A stretch of DNA of 64,000 bases from Orbicella franksi (taxonomy: Eukaryota): the NCBI GenBank assembly GCA_964199315.1, contig OZ116710.1:18724001-18788000 (forward strand), read 5' to 3'. Below, piece after piece: positions 1 through 13,100 of the stretch (position 1 is the stretch's first letter; each line of letters starts with the position of its first letter). The position numbers and the translations under genes are program-made. A model generated the notes under the pieces. That model saw only the letters and a list, made by a program, of their open reading frames with translations. It did not search any database and was not told where the DNA came from.

Positions 1-271
1 CATACAAGCTTAGTGGCCTGGTGCTTATCTCCAGTTTCTGTGTCATGAAGTAACTAGGAGTATTTCTACTTCTGACTGGATGGGATGCTAGACCATCACA
101 AGGTTACCCCCAGCATTAAATTTGCCAGTACCCATTAATACACCTGGATGGAGAGAGGCACTGTGAGCGTAAAGAACAAACCACAATGGATCACAATGTC
201 CCCAGCCAGTGCTTAAGCCCAGACCACTCAATCCAGAGGCAAGCGCACTAACCATGAGGCCACTGCACCAC
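1..271 (-). mobile_element. tRNA-derived SINE (copy 1, degenerate, 3' end near window edge)
   Basis: Shares body (ggagtatttctact...ggatgggatgctag...ggtacccatt...gagagaggcactgtgag) with copies at 12107 and 15754; tRNA-like head on - strand ending near 271. Confidence 0.8.
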
Positions 272-594
272 TATATGCCGCTAACAGTGGAGTCCAGTTT
301 CCGGGAAGACAACTGCACGTCTGCATGTAGGGCATAATAGGAGCTCTGATCTCACAAGACATGCAGGGGTGGAGAGAAGTGTGTTCCAAGGAACATCATG
401 TTTCCTGTACATTTCACTCCCAATTTCCACCTCTACCTTCTAATGATTCAATCCACTTTGGTGCCTTTTCTCTTGTCAAGTGTTACAAAGTTGCACAATT
501 TTTCCCATTTTCTTCCAGGTTTTTTCCCCTGTACAGTTCCCTCCTCCCCCTCCCCCGCCCATAAAGAAGAGATTGTGGAGCAATTTAGAAATAC

Positions 595-1031
595 CTGTTT
601 GGACTGGTTACCATGACTGTTTTTTGCACAACAGGGAATGGTTCTGGAATCTTGAGCTGATCTCCACTCCATGAAACATGAGCGTGACAACTGTACTTGA
701 GAAAGTGCTGAAACCCCAGTGCTGCAGCCACCCCAGTTGTGCCAGTTATAACAAGCTTTCCTTCTGTAGTGTCTGTAACGTATTCAAAAGTGTCTAGATC
801 TGAATGGGGTCCGAGGCTTGAGTTCACTCTTATGAGGAACTTGGAGGCGTGTTTCGGAATGAGTCGTGTGATGAGATCTTTCACGGTCTGTTCTTGCGCT
901 GCTTGGGGGGTTTTCGTCTTAATATGAGAAAACTGCTTGAACCTAGAGCTGTTGATTTTCACCCCCCAACACACCTGGATCAAAATCGACCCAAGTGTGA
1001 AGGGAACAAAGCCGAATTTCTTAGCCAACAT
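595..1031 (-). CDS. NAGLU: Alpha-N-acetylglucosaminidase, first coding exon (rest of gene left of window)
   Basis: ATG at 1031 gives signal-peptide-like MLAKKFGFVPFTLGSILIQVCWG, then GKLVITGTTGVAAALGFQHFLKYSCHAHVSWSGDQL, matching the GH89 N-terminal domain. Ends at SPN-AG|GTAT donor (594), where NAGLU continues RYRYYQNVCT. Confidence 0.92.
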
Positions 1032-1167
1032 ATTCCCTGATGTCCCTTTCGTTCCCGATGGAAGCACGCGCGAGATCGTCCCGCGGAAAGGCTTACATGC
1101 GTGGCTACCAAGTCCTCAGCGTGGCCACAAAGCCAAACACAAAAATTGTAAGGAACTGAAGGAAAGA
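1032..1167. promoter_or_regulatory. Putative bidirectional promoter and 5' UTRs between NAGLU and TCF25 start codons
   Basis: Only 136 bp separate the divergent ATGs (1031 on -, 1168 on +); locally CpG-rich (cacgcgcgag, cccgcgg). Confidence 0.7.
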
Positions 1168-4100
1168 ATGTCGTCTCGTGTTTTGAGGAAGTTACAGGGT
1201 GATAAAGAATTGGAAATCTCACGCGGTGACGATGAGGACGAAGATGAATTGAATTTTGCATCAGTTAAGTCGAAAAAGAAACAGAAAGCTGTTGTAAATC
1301 CTTTTGATTTGGTGAGTACTAAGTATCTACACACGTACACAGTCCTGGCCCGTAACCCACACGTAAGCTTATGTCGTAAGTTTAACTTTTTTCTGCCGTT
1401 ATGACAATTTGGTGAATCGAAATTTATTAGGTTTTCCTTATATTTCCGAGCTAAAAGCAAGCAAAACATCCACAGGAAAAGCTTCAATGTGTACTTTATA
1501 AGTTATTAGAATTAATTAAGCTCATTTATTATAATAAATTAGTGGTATTCGTATGACTGCGAATGCAATTAAGTAAATCTCTCCTCCCTCCCCCCCCCCC
1601 CCCCCCCACGACCAGACCTGGGATGGGTAATGCAGGGGCTTTCACATGATATTTCTTCTAGTTTGGTCCCCTGGTAGGCAGGGAGTATGCTCGAAATCAT
1701 GGGTACCCTGAAAACACTGACCCCTGGTCCCAGTCTGCGGACCCCCTCTAAGGACCAGTTCCACAGACTGCCTATGGACCAGTCCACAGACTACCCCTAC
1801 GGACCCCCTCAACAGACCAACCCCCGAAATGGAATAAAAATAATAAAGAAATATTTCAGTTATGGGATGGCTAATAGATTACTCATGTCAGCAAAATTTC
1901 GAACGTTGCATTTTGCAAATAGACTTGAGTTCAGGCTCAAGCGCAATTTATATCATTACACATTGCCATTTCCTTTGCCGTGGCCATACAGTATATGAAA
2001 GGCCGGGAAGCCTCCGGGAAGCCTCTGGGAAGCCTTGAAATTTGTGCACTTTCTCCTCTGCCGTTTTGTCTAGCCCATTTTCCCGTGGGTTCGTGAACTC
2101 ATTCCAGGCTTCACAATTTGCTTAGCGGAATTACAGATTCAAACAAGCTTAAATGACCTAAAAACACATCTTCTCCTATAGCCAGATTGAGCCATGAATG
2201 GAAGGTAAGAACTTTCCTTCTTTTTGCCATCAGCATCTCCTTACGCTGAAAACAGCTTTTAGGCAATTTTTTTTTTTTTTGGGGGGGGGGGGGTGTTAAA
2301 AACCCAAGTCCTTTTGTACAGTGTAATACTCAAAATTTCAGTTCATTTTGGCACCACATAGTAATTTTGCGTACAGTGCCTTTGCCCTTCATTTGAAGTG
2401 AAGCGAAATGGAGAGTTAGAAGTCGAGCAAAGAGCTGGAATATATTAAAGAAAATGCTTTGCAAAGCAAATAAGTTTTCTGTTTCTTAAATAGCTCTAAA
2501 CATCTTGACTTTTAACCACAACCCCCTGGGGGTATTGAGCCGTTAGCTCTGAACATCACAACCCCAAAAATGAAAGGGGAACCAGATTATATGAACATGT
2601 GTATACAAATGTTTCATTGGGTGGGTGTGCATCGCATATTGCATATTTCTATCTTCAAACAGTTAATAAAGTCTGTTTACTATTTGCTGTGTCATTCATT
2701 GACTGAATGTTTATTGTATCATCTTAAAGCTGCCTGGTGACAGCACAGTAATGGCTGGTCATACAGTATGTTTTGATTTTACTCTTCCACTAGCCCAAAA
2801 CCAAAAGCTTTCCTCTTTTAGTTGAATGTAGATGATGAACAGTCAGATAATGATTCTCAAAGTGATCAAGAAGAAGATACTACAACAGATGTTGTGGACC
2901 AGAATGTAAAAGAAGAGAAACCAAGTTCAGCAGAGCCTGCTGAAAAGCAGACATCTAAAAAGAAAAGGAAGAAGAAAAAGAAGAAAGGAAAAGGAGAAAC
3001 AGAAAATGGGAAACACACAAAGGCCGTGAGTACTTCAACTAAATTTCTCCATTTTTTCACTTAGTTTTAGTTTCCATTGAGAAGGTAATGTCAATTAGCA
3101 CTCAAGACAGAGGTTGACCACTTTTCCAAGTCCGTCAAAGATAGATCTGCTATGCATCGTATGACTGTTTGTGTGACTTGGTGTTTGGAAATGTGGTCAA
3201 ACACAATGTATATTGATTTCATGAATGAAGAATATACATTGTGTGTTTGTGTTCAGGGTCTCAGGCTTTTTAGACCAATGATTGTACATTGTGCATGTGG
3301 TGTCACGCTTTTAGAAGGATGAATGTACATTAGATGTTCATGTTCATGATATCCCATTTTTAGAACAAAGAATATAGGTTGTGTGTAGTATATTCATGGT
3401 CTCACGCTTTTAGAATAAAGAATATACATCATGCAGTAGTGTCTTGTGGTGTCACACTTTTAACAGGATGAATGTATCATGCGCATTGTCCTTTTGGTGA
3501 ATCGACTTCCGGTGAGACAAATCAACTTTACTAAAGACGAGCCAAGTTGGCCTGTGCAAATTGAGTCAACTTGTTAACATTAACTACCCAAATTCATGAG
3601 TATTGTCTTCTTCTCTGAATCCACTTCTGGCCTTTTCATGCTTTAAGAACAGTGAAGGTTTGTTTTGTCATTTTCTTGTGCTTGTCATTTAGTCATGCTT
3701 GTGATTTTGTCATGCCGCTCAAATTCCTGCATGGTGACGCACAAGACAAAATCAAGTCAGATTGGGTATACTGGACATGACTGTGAACCTGAGCTTGAGG
3801 TTTGAGTTGAGAACAGGAGGCATAAAGAGCCAATGTTAAGATCCCTGATTTATAGCAAGGAAGGGGCATTGTTATAAGAAAAACAGTGCTACAAGCCTCA
3901 TAAAGGTCAAGGATAACAAAACATTTTTACCAATGATGATATTGATTTCTCAATGATACTGTTTTGTTTCTAAACAATTAGCAAAAGGAAAGCATTGATG
4001 GTGTCAGTAAACAAGTGAATAGCAAACCAAGAAGTGATATTAAAACATCTGGTAAGAAATCATAACTAAATAAGTGTTGTGATAAAAGTATTGTTAAGGT

Positions 4101-7100
4101 GCACTGTGGATTCTGATTAAGCTCAGCATTGGAGTTAGAATTTACCAGATCATCTCAGGTTTAAGTTCTTACTTTGAATGATCACTAGTACAATGTAGTT
4201 GTAGCTGTGTTTGGGATTAAAATTTACATTTTTCAGAGCAGTTTTTAATTGCATGTCTAAAGCAATCATTCCAAGCAATTACTTTGGTTTTGGTTTTGGT
4301 TTCACTACGGCACTCAATTGAAAACTGCCATAATGACTTCAATACAGTTTGTATGCTCCAAAAATCAGGTCCAGTGGCAACATTAGGAGAGAGCACTTCT
4401 AGGGCTCTGGATACTAAAGCTGTGCTTGGAGTGGAACACAGGTAAGGGTACTAGTCAGTTATTTCTTGCCTTATTAGAAGATAGAGTTTAAGTTGGAGAG
4501 CTTGAGAGCTCATACATATTCAGCAGTAACGTACAGACTGCTTGCATTGGTATATTTCAGCTCTAAACAATACGCTGTATCTGTCATAAATGTAGCTTCA
4601 ACTGCTTTCCTGTCAAACGTTTGGCATAAGTTATCTTGACTGTTGTTTTCTTGTGGGCTGTATAACATGCACAGACATTCAACTTGTAACTTCCCATATC
4701 ATGTATGGTAAAACCAAGTTACTCATGCCATAGTTTCAGGTATATTACTATGCATGCAGGTAAGTGTTACAGATACAAGTCAAGGGTAAAGAATTGCCTA
4801 GTATGCAAGAGAGGCAACTTAAGTTAATTTGGTCACTTTTTTCACAACCAGAAACTTGAATGCAGAGAATGAAATGAAGAGAAGATTTGGATCTCATATT
4901 GTCAGAGCAGAACAAAGGTAAGTCACCTATCAGTGATCATGGGAAGTCATTAAATAAATTTAATTTTTGAAACAGCTGGCCACACGACTAAATTAGGCAG
5001 TTATGTGTTTAAAATGGGTCCCCCCAAAGGAATGTCTTCTGGTTATTTTCAAAGGTCAAGTTGTTAGTGATTTTCACTGCAGCTTCTAGTCAAGACAGTC
5101 ATGCCAGCAACCAGGTGACAGCCTTGCCATACCATAGTTTAAGGATTATTTAAGATTTAATGTCAAACTTTGTGCCCTGTTCAATTAATACATTGGAAAA
5201 AGCTCTGGAAGTTTATTCCCTACTGAAATCTGAAATGTGATGCCTTTTGTAAGCAAAGTCATACAAATGTATGCAATGGTGTCAGCAAGTATTCCTTCTA
5301 ACCATCTCTCATGGGCATATTAGTTTTTCAGGCTACTTTTCATTTTCATTAAATATTAATCTTTTTGTACAGACAAAGAAGAGCACATCAGCGAGTCTAT
5401 CATCGCTCAACAAGGTAATTCATGCGATTAACACTGTGAAAGAGAATGAAAGAGTTTGTGATGAAGGGCTGTGCACTTGTTTATTGATGTACATGTATGC
5501 AATCCTCTCTGTCTATCTAATTCAAACTTTTTCCCTACATATAATTACCAGTTTTTGCACAGTTAACTAATTGAAACCTTATCTAATCTGTATAACTGAG
5601 AAAATGAATGGAGAAACTATTTTTTTTTTATTTGATGTATCCTTCGTATTCCTGACAGATGATGTAAGAGAAATACTGTTACTAGAGTCATCTTCACTAA
5701 ACTGACTTCTAATCTTGTCTTCAACAATGATTGTAAATGACTCTGTAGACGTTGTTGGGGGAATTAGCTGACATGTTAGTCTCCTCTGCAACCGTTATTA
5801 GGGTCGTCACGCAACACTTCTCCCCCACTAACGGCTGCTTAAACCCGAACCCCATTTGTTTCCCTTTGTTTAGAGTTCACGTGAAAATTACAGAATGCAC
5901 CAATCACGTGCAAAAAAAAAAAAAAGCCAATTACGTGTTGCCTATTGTTAGCTCTGAAACCAATCACGTATCAGTAGTTTGTCAGTGACGTCAGTTTCCC
6001 CCGCGTAAATTCATCACCTCCTTAGCGAGATGTTGCGAGACATCCCAGAGATGTCCTATGGATCTAACTCAGAAGAAAATAGCCGAAAGTAGTTCTAGGT
6101 GCTTTATTTGTTCGTTGGCTTCCCTCAAGAATAACAAAATCTTCATTTTTGGTAAGAGTTCACTCAACATTGCTGAAGTCATCCAATCCTCGCCATCGTG
6201 GACGTGAGTCGCTACTCAGAAAACAGCGAACTGTTCATCTGTAGAGACAAATGCTACCAGCATTTGATAAAATTTAATCGGGCATCAGATAAGTTGAAGG
6301 AGCTAAAGAAAGAAATCGAAGAAGTCTTCAAGGCAAGAGAAAATCTCAGGGCAAAACGCCTACTACATCCAGATGAGAATGCCGACAGAGGTGCCAAAAA
6401 TACATCAACTTCATCACCTCGAGGAAAAGCATCTAAATCCCTGCAATTTGCCGATACCACTTGCACTTCTTCTGCCATCCACAAAGATTCGGATGTGTTG
6501 GGAACACCAAAAATTTCATATTTCATATTTTCATATTTTGTTCCTCAAAAGCAAATTCATGTAGACTTAAAAGCATATCTTGCAATAGAAATGAGCCTAA
6601 ACAATGCATAAACACATGGCAAATTACAGAGGTGTCAAACTCAACGAGTCGACATGCAGATAACAGCGGAAACCATGCAGACCTATGACCTATAAACATT
6701 TGCCATAGCATGATCTAACAGCTCAACTCCACTTAAAATTCCTCCTTATTACACAACATGAAGTGCCCTTCATGAACACGAGTGAAGCGACAAGAAAGGT
6801 CGAGTGACCAAACAAAGAACGGCAAATCTACAAATGTCATGAACCGTAGAAGTTGTGTAGGCTGGTCAACCCCATTTTACAAAAACATCTTTCCTATTTG
6901 AAACTATTTTTTCAATTGCCAACTTCTGATGATAATTTAAAGTGGGGATTTTGAACTTGGAAGACACCAAAATAAAGGCTTCTTTGAGCGACACCATGTT
7001 GGTTTCACTATCAGTAGCCGATAGAACACGAGTTGTGATTGGACAATTAGTCTTGGCGCGACCACATCAAGAATATGTGAGGGATGTTGTGATTGGCTAA

Positions 7101-10100
7101 TCTGCGGAAACAAATGGGGTTCGGGTTTAAGCAGCCATTAGTGGGGGAGAAGCATTGCGTGACGACCCTAATAATGGCTGCGGAGGAGACTACTGACATG
7201 CAGACAAAATGTAGAAACGCAACTTATATTCTGAACAATAAACAGGAAGTTCTGACAATACTTGATACTCGTGAAACGCATGAAGAAGATCTCGGTTCTC
7301 TTGCTCGATCTAAGCTTAGTTCCATGTGCTCTGTCACATGACCTTGTTTGTGTCCCATGATTCCACTACAACTCGGGGGGGGGGGGGGGGGGGAATGACT
7401 ACGAGTTTTAAACAGAAATTGCAGAATTGTTCAAGCAGTCACAAGGGTTGTACTTCAGTCCAGTCCACATAATAAATTTTGTTTGCCACACCAACAGGTT
7501 GGTGTCAGTGAAGCCATCATGGCCACACATGGGAGCAACTGGTTAGTGACATGTTAACATGATTCCTCATTAGTTTGTTGTTCAATACTAACAGTACTTC
7601 TTTCCTGTTACATACGGTTTGATATGTTTGCTTCTTCACAGGAATAAGTATGGAGTTCCTGGGAATCAAACGTGGGTAAGTTGAATTATTTCATTTCCAC
7701 CCAACTGTCAGAACTAATCTACCTGTAAGTAAAACCACATTACATTACAGATCTCATTAATAAAGTGGGAATTTCCTGGAGGTAGGGTATACCCAGTTTA
7801 TATAGAGAGGCTTTATCCTGTGGATCAGTCCCTCGCCCTTCAAAATACCATTTTTGACAAACAAAAGTGAACCGTTTGATTTACATGTACAGTCCTTAAA
7901 AATACCCCATGAATTAGCCCTTTTCTATAACCTTGGATTTATTAATCCTTAAAATACTTAACAGATAACACAGCAAGTGCATTTGCCAGAGCTATTTTGA
8001 TAAAGCCTTTTAATGATCTAAATGGCAATTTTTGATCTTTTTCATCCTTCACCTTGGTGCAATACCTGCCCATTTATGTACCTCTAACCTGAAAAGTGAG
8101 CTCTTTTAGGTAGAACATTACTGAGGACTTACTCCTCCGTTGGTCCATTGAGGGAATTTTTTAAGGCACGGAACTTTAAGATTTTCTTTGGAAATGAGTA
8201 GTAATATTGTTGTTGTTTTAGAGGTTGTGTTTTTAGGCTTTTCTGTCATTCCTTTTTAGGTACAACTATTTTGCCTTTAAGCACTCTCCTTCTTATCAAG
8301 AAGTCCAGTTTCTATTTCTTGATGCAGTAGAATCATTAAACCCCAACAACATTTCTGTAAGTAAATTACCCCGGTATGTCCATTGTAGTTTTGTCACTAA
8401 GTTAACTGAACGAAAAAAAACCAAAGAGATCCATTTAAGAGCGCTGAGTTTAGAAACTGAGTTATTTTTCTCAGAAGTAAACTCAATCATTTTGAAGGTT
8501 CGCCTTCTTAACATCCTGCACAAGACTGGGTACTCTCACATTGCCCCTCTCCAACTATGTGTATACTACATGGGTTAAGTTTCATGGTGGTCAATTGGTA
8601 AAATTCAATGCCACTTCTAGTTTTCTTTGGCTTGAAGTTAGGAACAGTTTAAATCAAAAACGTGCATCATGTGGAGTTATTCTATTGGAGGAAACATTCC
8701 TCTGTACACCACATAGACACAAGTACAACCCTTAATCTCCCACATTGTTCTGATGAAAGGCTAATGCACCAAAAATCAGCTTCAAAAACTCACTACAGTC
8801 GAACTTTGATTATCCATACCTCGATTATCCAGATTTCTCAATTATCCAGACTTTTTCTCTAGTCCCAGTTTTGTCATGATCATTTATTAGTCATGATCCA
8901 GATCTGTAGCAATATTCTTTTTAAAACTATAGCATTGAAAAGTGCAGTCAAAAATGAGGTTGTTTTGCTTTTAAAGAGCAAAAGCAGCACTCGCATGGGT
9001 CATAATTAATGAAGAACACTCAAATGAGTTCCGATTGGCTGAGAATTGAGTGGTTCAAGATGTACAGTAGACCATATTGTTTTCCAAGCAATTTGTAGAA
9101 GTGTTGTTTCACGATTAAATGTTGCTTTATTTAAACAGTTTTGTTCTTCATTAATATTCATATTTTCGATTATCCGGACCCCCAATTATCTGGACTATTT
9201 CATCTAGTCCCAACAAGTGCGGATAATCGAGGTTCAACTGTACTGATTAATTTGCCTTTATCCACTTCTGGTTAATACATGGCCACTTAATATTCATATT
9301 GTTGTTGTTGTTGTTTTTTGTGGTTGTAGACCATTTTAAACACTCATCCGTACCATGTAGACTCTCTTCTGCAACTCAGTGAAATCTGTAAGATGGGAGA
9401 AGATTACCAGATGGCTGCAGAGCTAATAGGTCAGAGTTACAATGTTTTGTTTGTGTCTCTCCTCCTTACCAACAACCCAAATGTGTCCCAAAAAAGATTG
9501 AAATTTTTTTTTATGCTCAATGAACTATAACTGTATGCAGTTAGGCCAGTGCAAATCTGAGATCACCAGCTGTAGATACTGAAACATCCACTCATATGAA
9601 CTGAAGGTTTGAAAACAATTATTTTGATTCTGTTGTATTTCAGAAAGAGCTCTCTACTGTCTTGAACACAGTTTCCACACATTGTTCAGTCTTACACAAG
9701 GCTATTCAAGGCTTGAGTACAGAAGGGCAGAAAACAGGTAACATGTTTAAGAGAATTTAGTATGGAAGCCAATCAAACCAAACACATGATTGTCAAATAT
9801 CAAGCCTTGCAGAATTTGTCAGAATGGGACAAGAAACAATGAAAGTGGTAATTTGCATCTTTATGTCAAATCTTGTACTGTGCAGATGTAATCATACTAA
9901 AACCCCTCTAGAGCCCTTAAAAACTAGTAACTTTGTAACTTTATTGACATCTTTGAAAGCCTAGTAGTTGTCTAGCACTGACACCTACAGCAAGTTCTGC
10001 GCACATATCGTGCTTGTAAATTTGTTTTAAGCTCCAATTATTTCATGACGTTCCCTATTGTAATAACTTAAGGCAAACAGGATATAATATTTATTTTGTC

Positions 10101-13100
10101 TTTGCAGGTCCTTCTTTATTGCTTTGTTTCGTCAAATCATCTTTGTGGGACAAAAAGGTAACACACCTGTAGACGATGATGGTTTCAATTGCAAATCTAT
10201 TTGTGTCAGTTGATGAGTGTGTGCATGGCTCACTATAGGGCAGTATGCTTGTAATTGCCCAGGTGATCAACAAAGCTTGGAATTTCTAGTTCTTGATATG
10301 GTTAACCAAAGTTATGTACACTTTAGGGAAAGGAAAGACTTCCAGCAGAATTTGCTTTGCCTGAAATTCGATTGTTTAATTTTCAAATTTTAGGTTGCTA
10401 CAGAACAGCTTTGGAGTTATGCAAGCTCTTGCTTAGGTGAGAGAGGATCGCTAAATTCCATTTGAATGTAATCATTTCATAATGCTTGCTGTATTCCATT
10501 GTCTCCTCCACTCTGTATGGAGAATAGGACCAGCTTATATAAGCATTACATGTAGTTGTGCTAGCTCCCAGGGTCTCTCTTCCTTGATCCTGTTCAGGGA
10601 GTGGGAAGAAGAGATAAAATGAAATGAATGGGTATGATTGAATTGTGGACTTAAGTCTCCTGTGCACATGCTCTTTGGTCTTGTCACACAATCTTTTTTC
10701 TCCATGACAAGAAGATTGTGTGATATGCCCAAAGAGTGTCTGTATTGGAGGCTAGGGACAGTGTTGAGACTCCTAATTGCTTCACTTTAGAGAGATGAAG
10801 ATAACAGTTAGTGTTAGCACCAGTGAGTTTTCTCTCTTTTCACATCTGTAAGAATAAAACAGACTTACATGTAACTAAAATGCACTTAATTGTTAACATT
10901 ATTCTTACTTCACTTTGAAGAACACTCCACTAGCCTCTTCCTTTGTTAATCAGTGTGATAACTGTTGCTGTAGTTTTCAAACTCTTGTTTTCAGTCTGGA
11001 ACCAGATGAAGATCCTCTTGGTGTTCTCCTTATGATTGATTTCTATGCCTTACAATCTGAGCAGTTCAGTTTCCTTATAAGACTCTTTGAGGAATGGGAG
11101 GTAAGACATTAGATATTAAGTATTAAAGAGAGCAGATTAGCCTGAAATGTCAGTCATCTCCCGCCCTCACATTTCAGGCTAAGAGCAGATGTTAATTTTT
11201 GTATTGCAGCTAGAGTTTTTATCCACAAACAGACATTAAAAAACTGTTTGCTTAAAAACTATGTGATTAAAAGGAGTGATCTTGGTATGGCTGTGCTAAT
11301 TCACATAGCCTAAATACAAACATAAGAGAGAGTTAAGAAAGGAAACTTTGATGCATGCCTGAATTTGAGCAAGAATTTAATTTATACAAGGACTGTCCAC
11401 TTTTCTCAGACTCATGCTGGTTGCATCTGCTTCTTTAACTTAAAGTGGCATGAATTTTAAAAACAATCTTGTGTGTTTAGCCATCCTGTCAAATGTGTAT
11501 TATAAACTGTAATCACATAATTAAATAATACTTACAGCTATACCAACAGTTGTATCAACACTGCAAGTTCTAGTGTAGTTCAAAGGTGAGGTAATGAAAC
11601 TAAAAAGGAAATACATATTAAACAAAACAATCGCAATAATATGGTGTTTTATTAGCACTGACACTTTAAATTCTCTAGTCCCACAGGAACCTGTCTCAGC
11701 TACCAAGTTTTGCTTTCTCTGTGGCTCTTGCCTATTTCCAGTCAAACAGACAAAATGGTCAAACAAAGAGAGCTGATGAATTGGTAAGTTGCCTTTTTTG
11801 ATAGACCCTTTCCCTTTAATGGTGTGAACAAACTGGCTTTGTGATTGCCAAAAGCATCTGGAACATCAACACAAAATTAATGGTGCCAAAATTTGCTTTA
11901 ACAAATTTAGCGAACGTTTGTGTTCCCCCCATGTGTGATCCATGTCTCATGGGTAGGACTTTACTTCAACATCATCAGCTACTGTAGATCTAACTACAAC
12001 AAATAGTTTCTTTGGGTAGCAATCTGTTTGCTGCTTTTAATTTTCACGTAAAATCCACATTTTAGCCCATTAAGCGAGAACCACTACGATGTAAATCTGT
12101 AAAGTAAAGGTAAAAAGGTTAAGTCTACATATGAGCCAAGTGGCCCATCAGGCTGGAGCTTATCCCGGTTTGTGTAGCATGAAGTGGCTAGGAGTATTTC
12201 TGCGCTCCCCTGGATGGCATGCTAGTCCACTGAAGGGCTACCCTTAACATTTAATTTTCTGGTACCCATTTATACACTTGGCTTGAGAGAGGCACTGTGA
12301 GAGTAAAGTGTCTTGTCCAAGAACACACCAAGGTGTCCCCAGCCATGGCTCAAACCCGAAATGCTCGATCCAGAGACGAGCTCACTAACCACAAGGTCAC
12401 CGCGCCTCCCACAAATCTGCAAAGTACCCAAGTCCGTTCCTATAGGACTATCAACTGACTGACTTTTTAAACTCGTAAAAGTAGTTTATCTATTCATTTG
12501 TTTTGTACCAGACTTCTTTTTTAAACTTTCTCATCCTTATTCTGTTGTTTCGTTGCAGCTCCAGATAGCATTGATTATGTTTCCAATGGTAGGTTTCAAT
12601 GCTGCTTATTTGAACCAACCATAAGATTTAAATATTAAGAGGGATATCTAACGATTGTCCTCAGTAGAAAACCAGAGAGTTACAGATCCGACAACAACAT
12701 TTAAGACCCAGTTTTAGATTTCTTATAAACAAACAAGGAAGTGTTTTGTAATCGTCTTCTCGTGTAGACGTTAAAAGCTGTACATTTGCTGGTTACCCTG
12801 TGTCGTTGAGAGTGTCTGAGACGATTAACGAATCAGCGGAAGATGAATTTGGCCACACAATTTGTCTAAATATCGGATTTATACCTAGGCGAGTTATCCG
12901 TCTCAAAGGGATAAATCGTCTCAGATGGACAAGTCGTCTCCGTAATATAAATTTGGCGTCGGATGATTCGTCTCTAGTATAAATTGGGCCAGTGAGCTGA
13001 CAATGGTGTTTTCTTAGGTTTTATGTCCTCTGATGGAAAAGTGTAACGTTGTGTTAGACTCCACCCTCGTTCAGCACCCGTTCTTTTGTCCTTCACCAGG

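Noticed and set aside
937-1167. N-terminal 77 codons of ORF 937-1404 and ORF start at 1067 for NAGLU
   Set aside because: Homology begins at M1168 (TCF25) and M1031 (NAGLU signal peptide); the upstream codons are antisense overlap or UTR.
1589-7393. Poly-C/poly-G runs (about 1590-1607, 2281-2294, 7375-7393) as G-quadruplex signals
   Set aside because: Simple homopolymers in introns, with length unreliable in assemblies.
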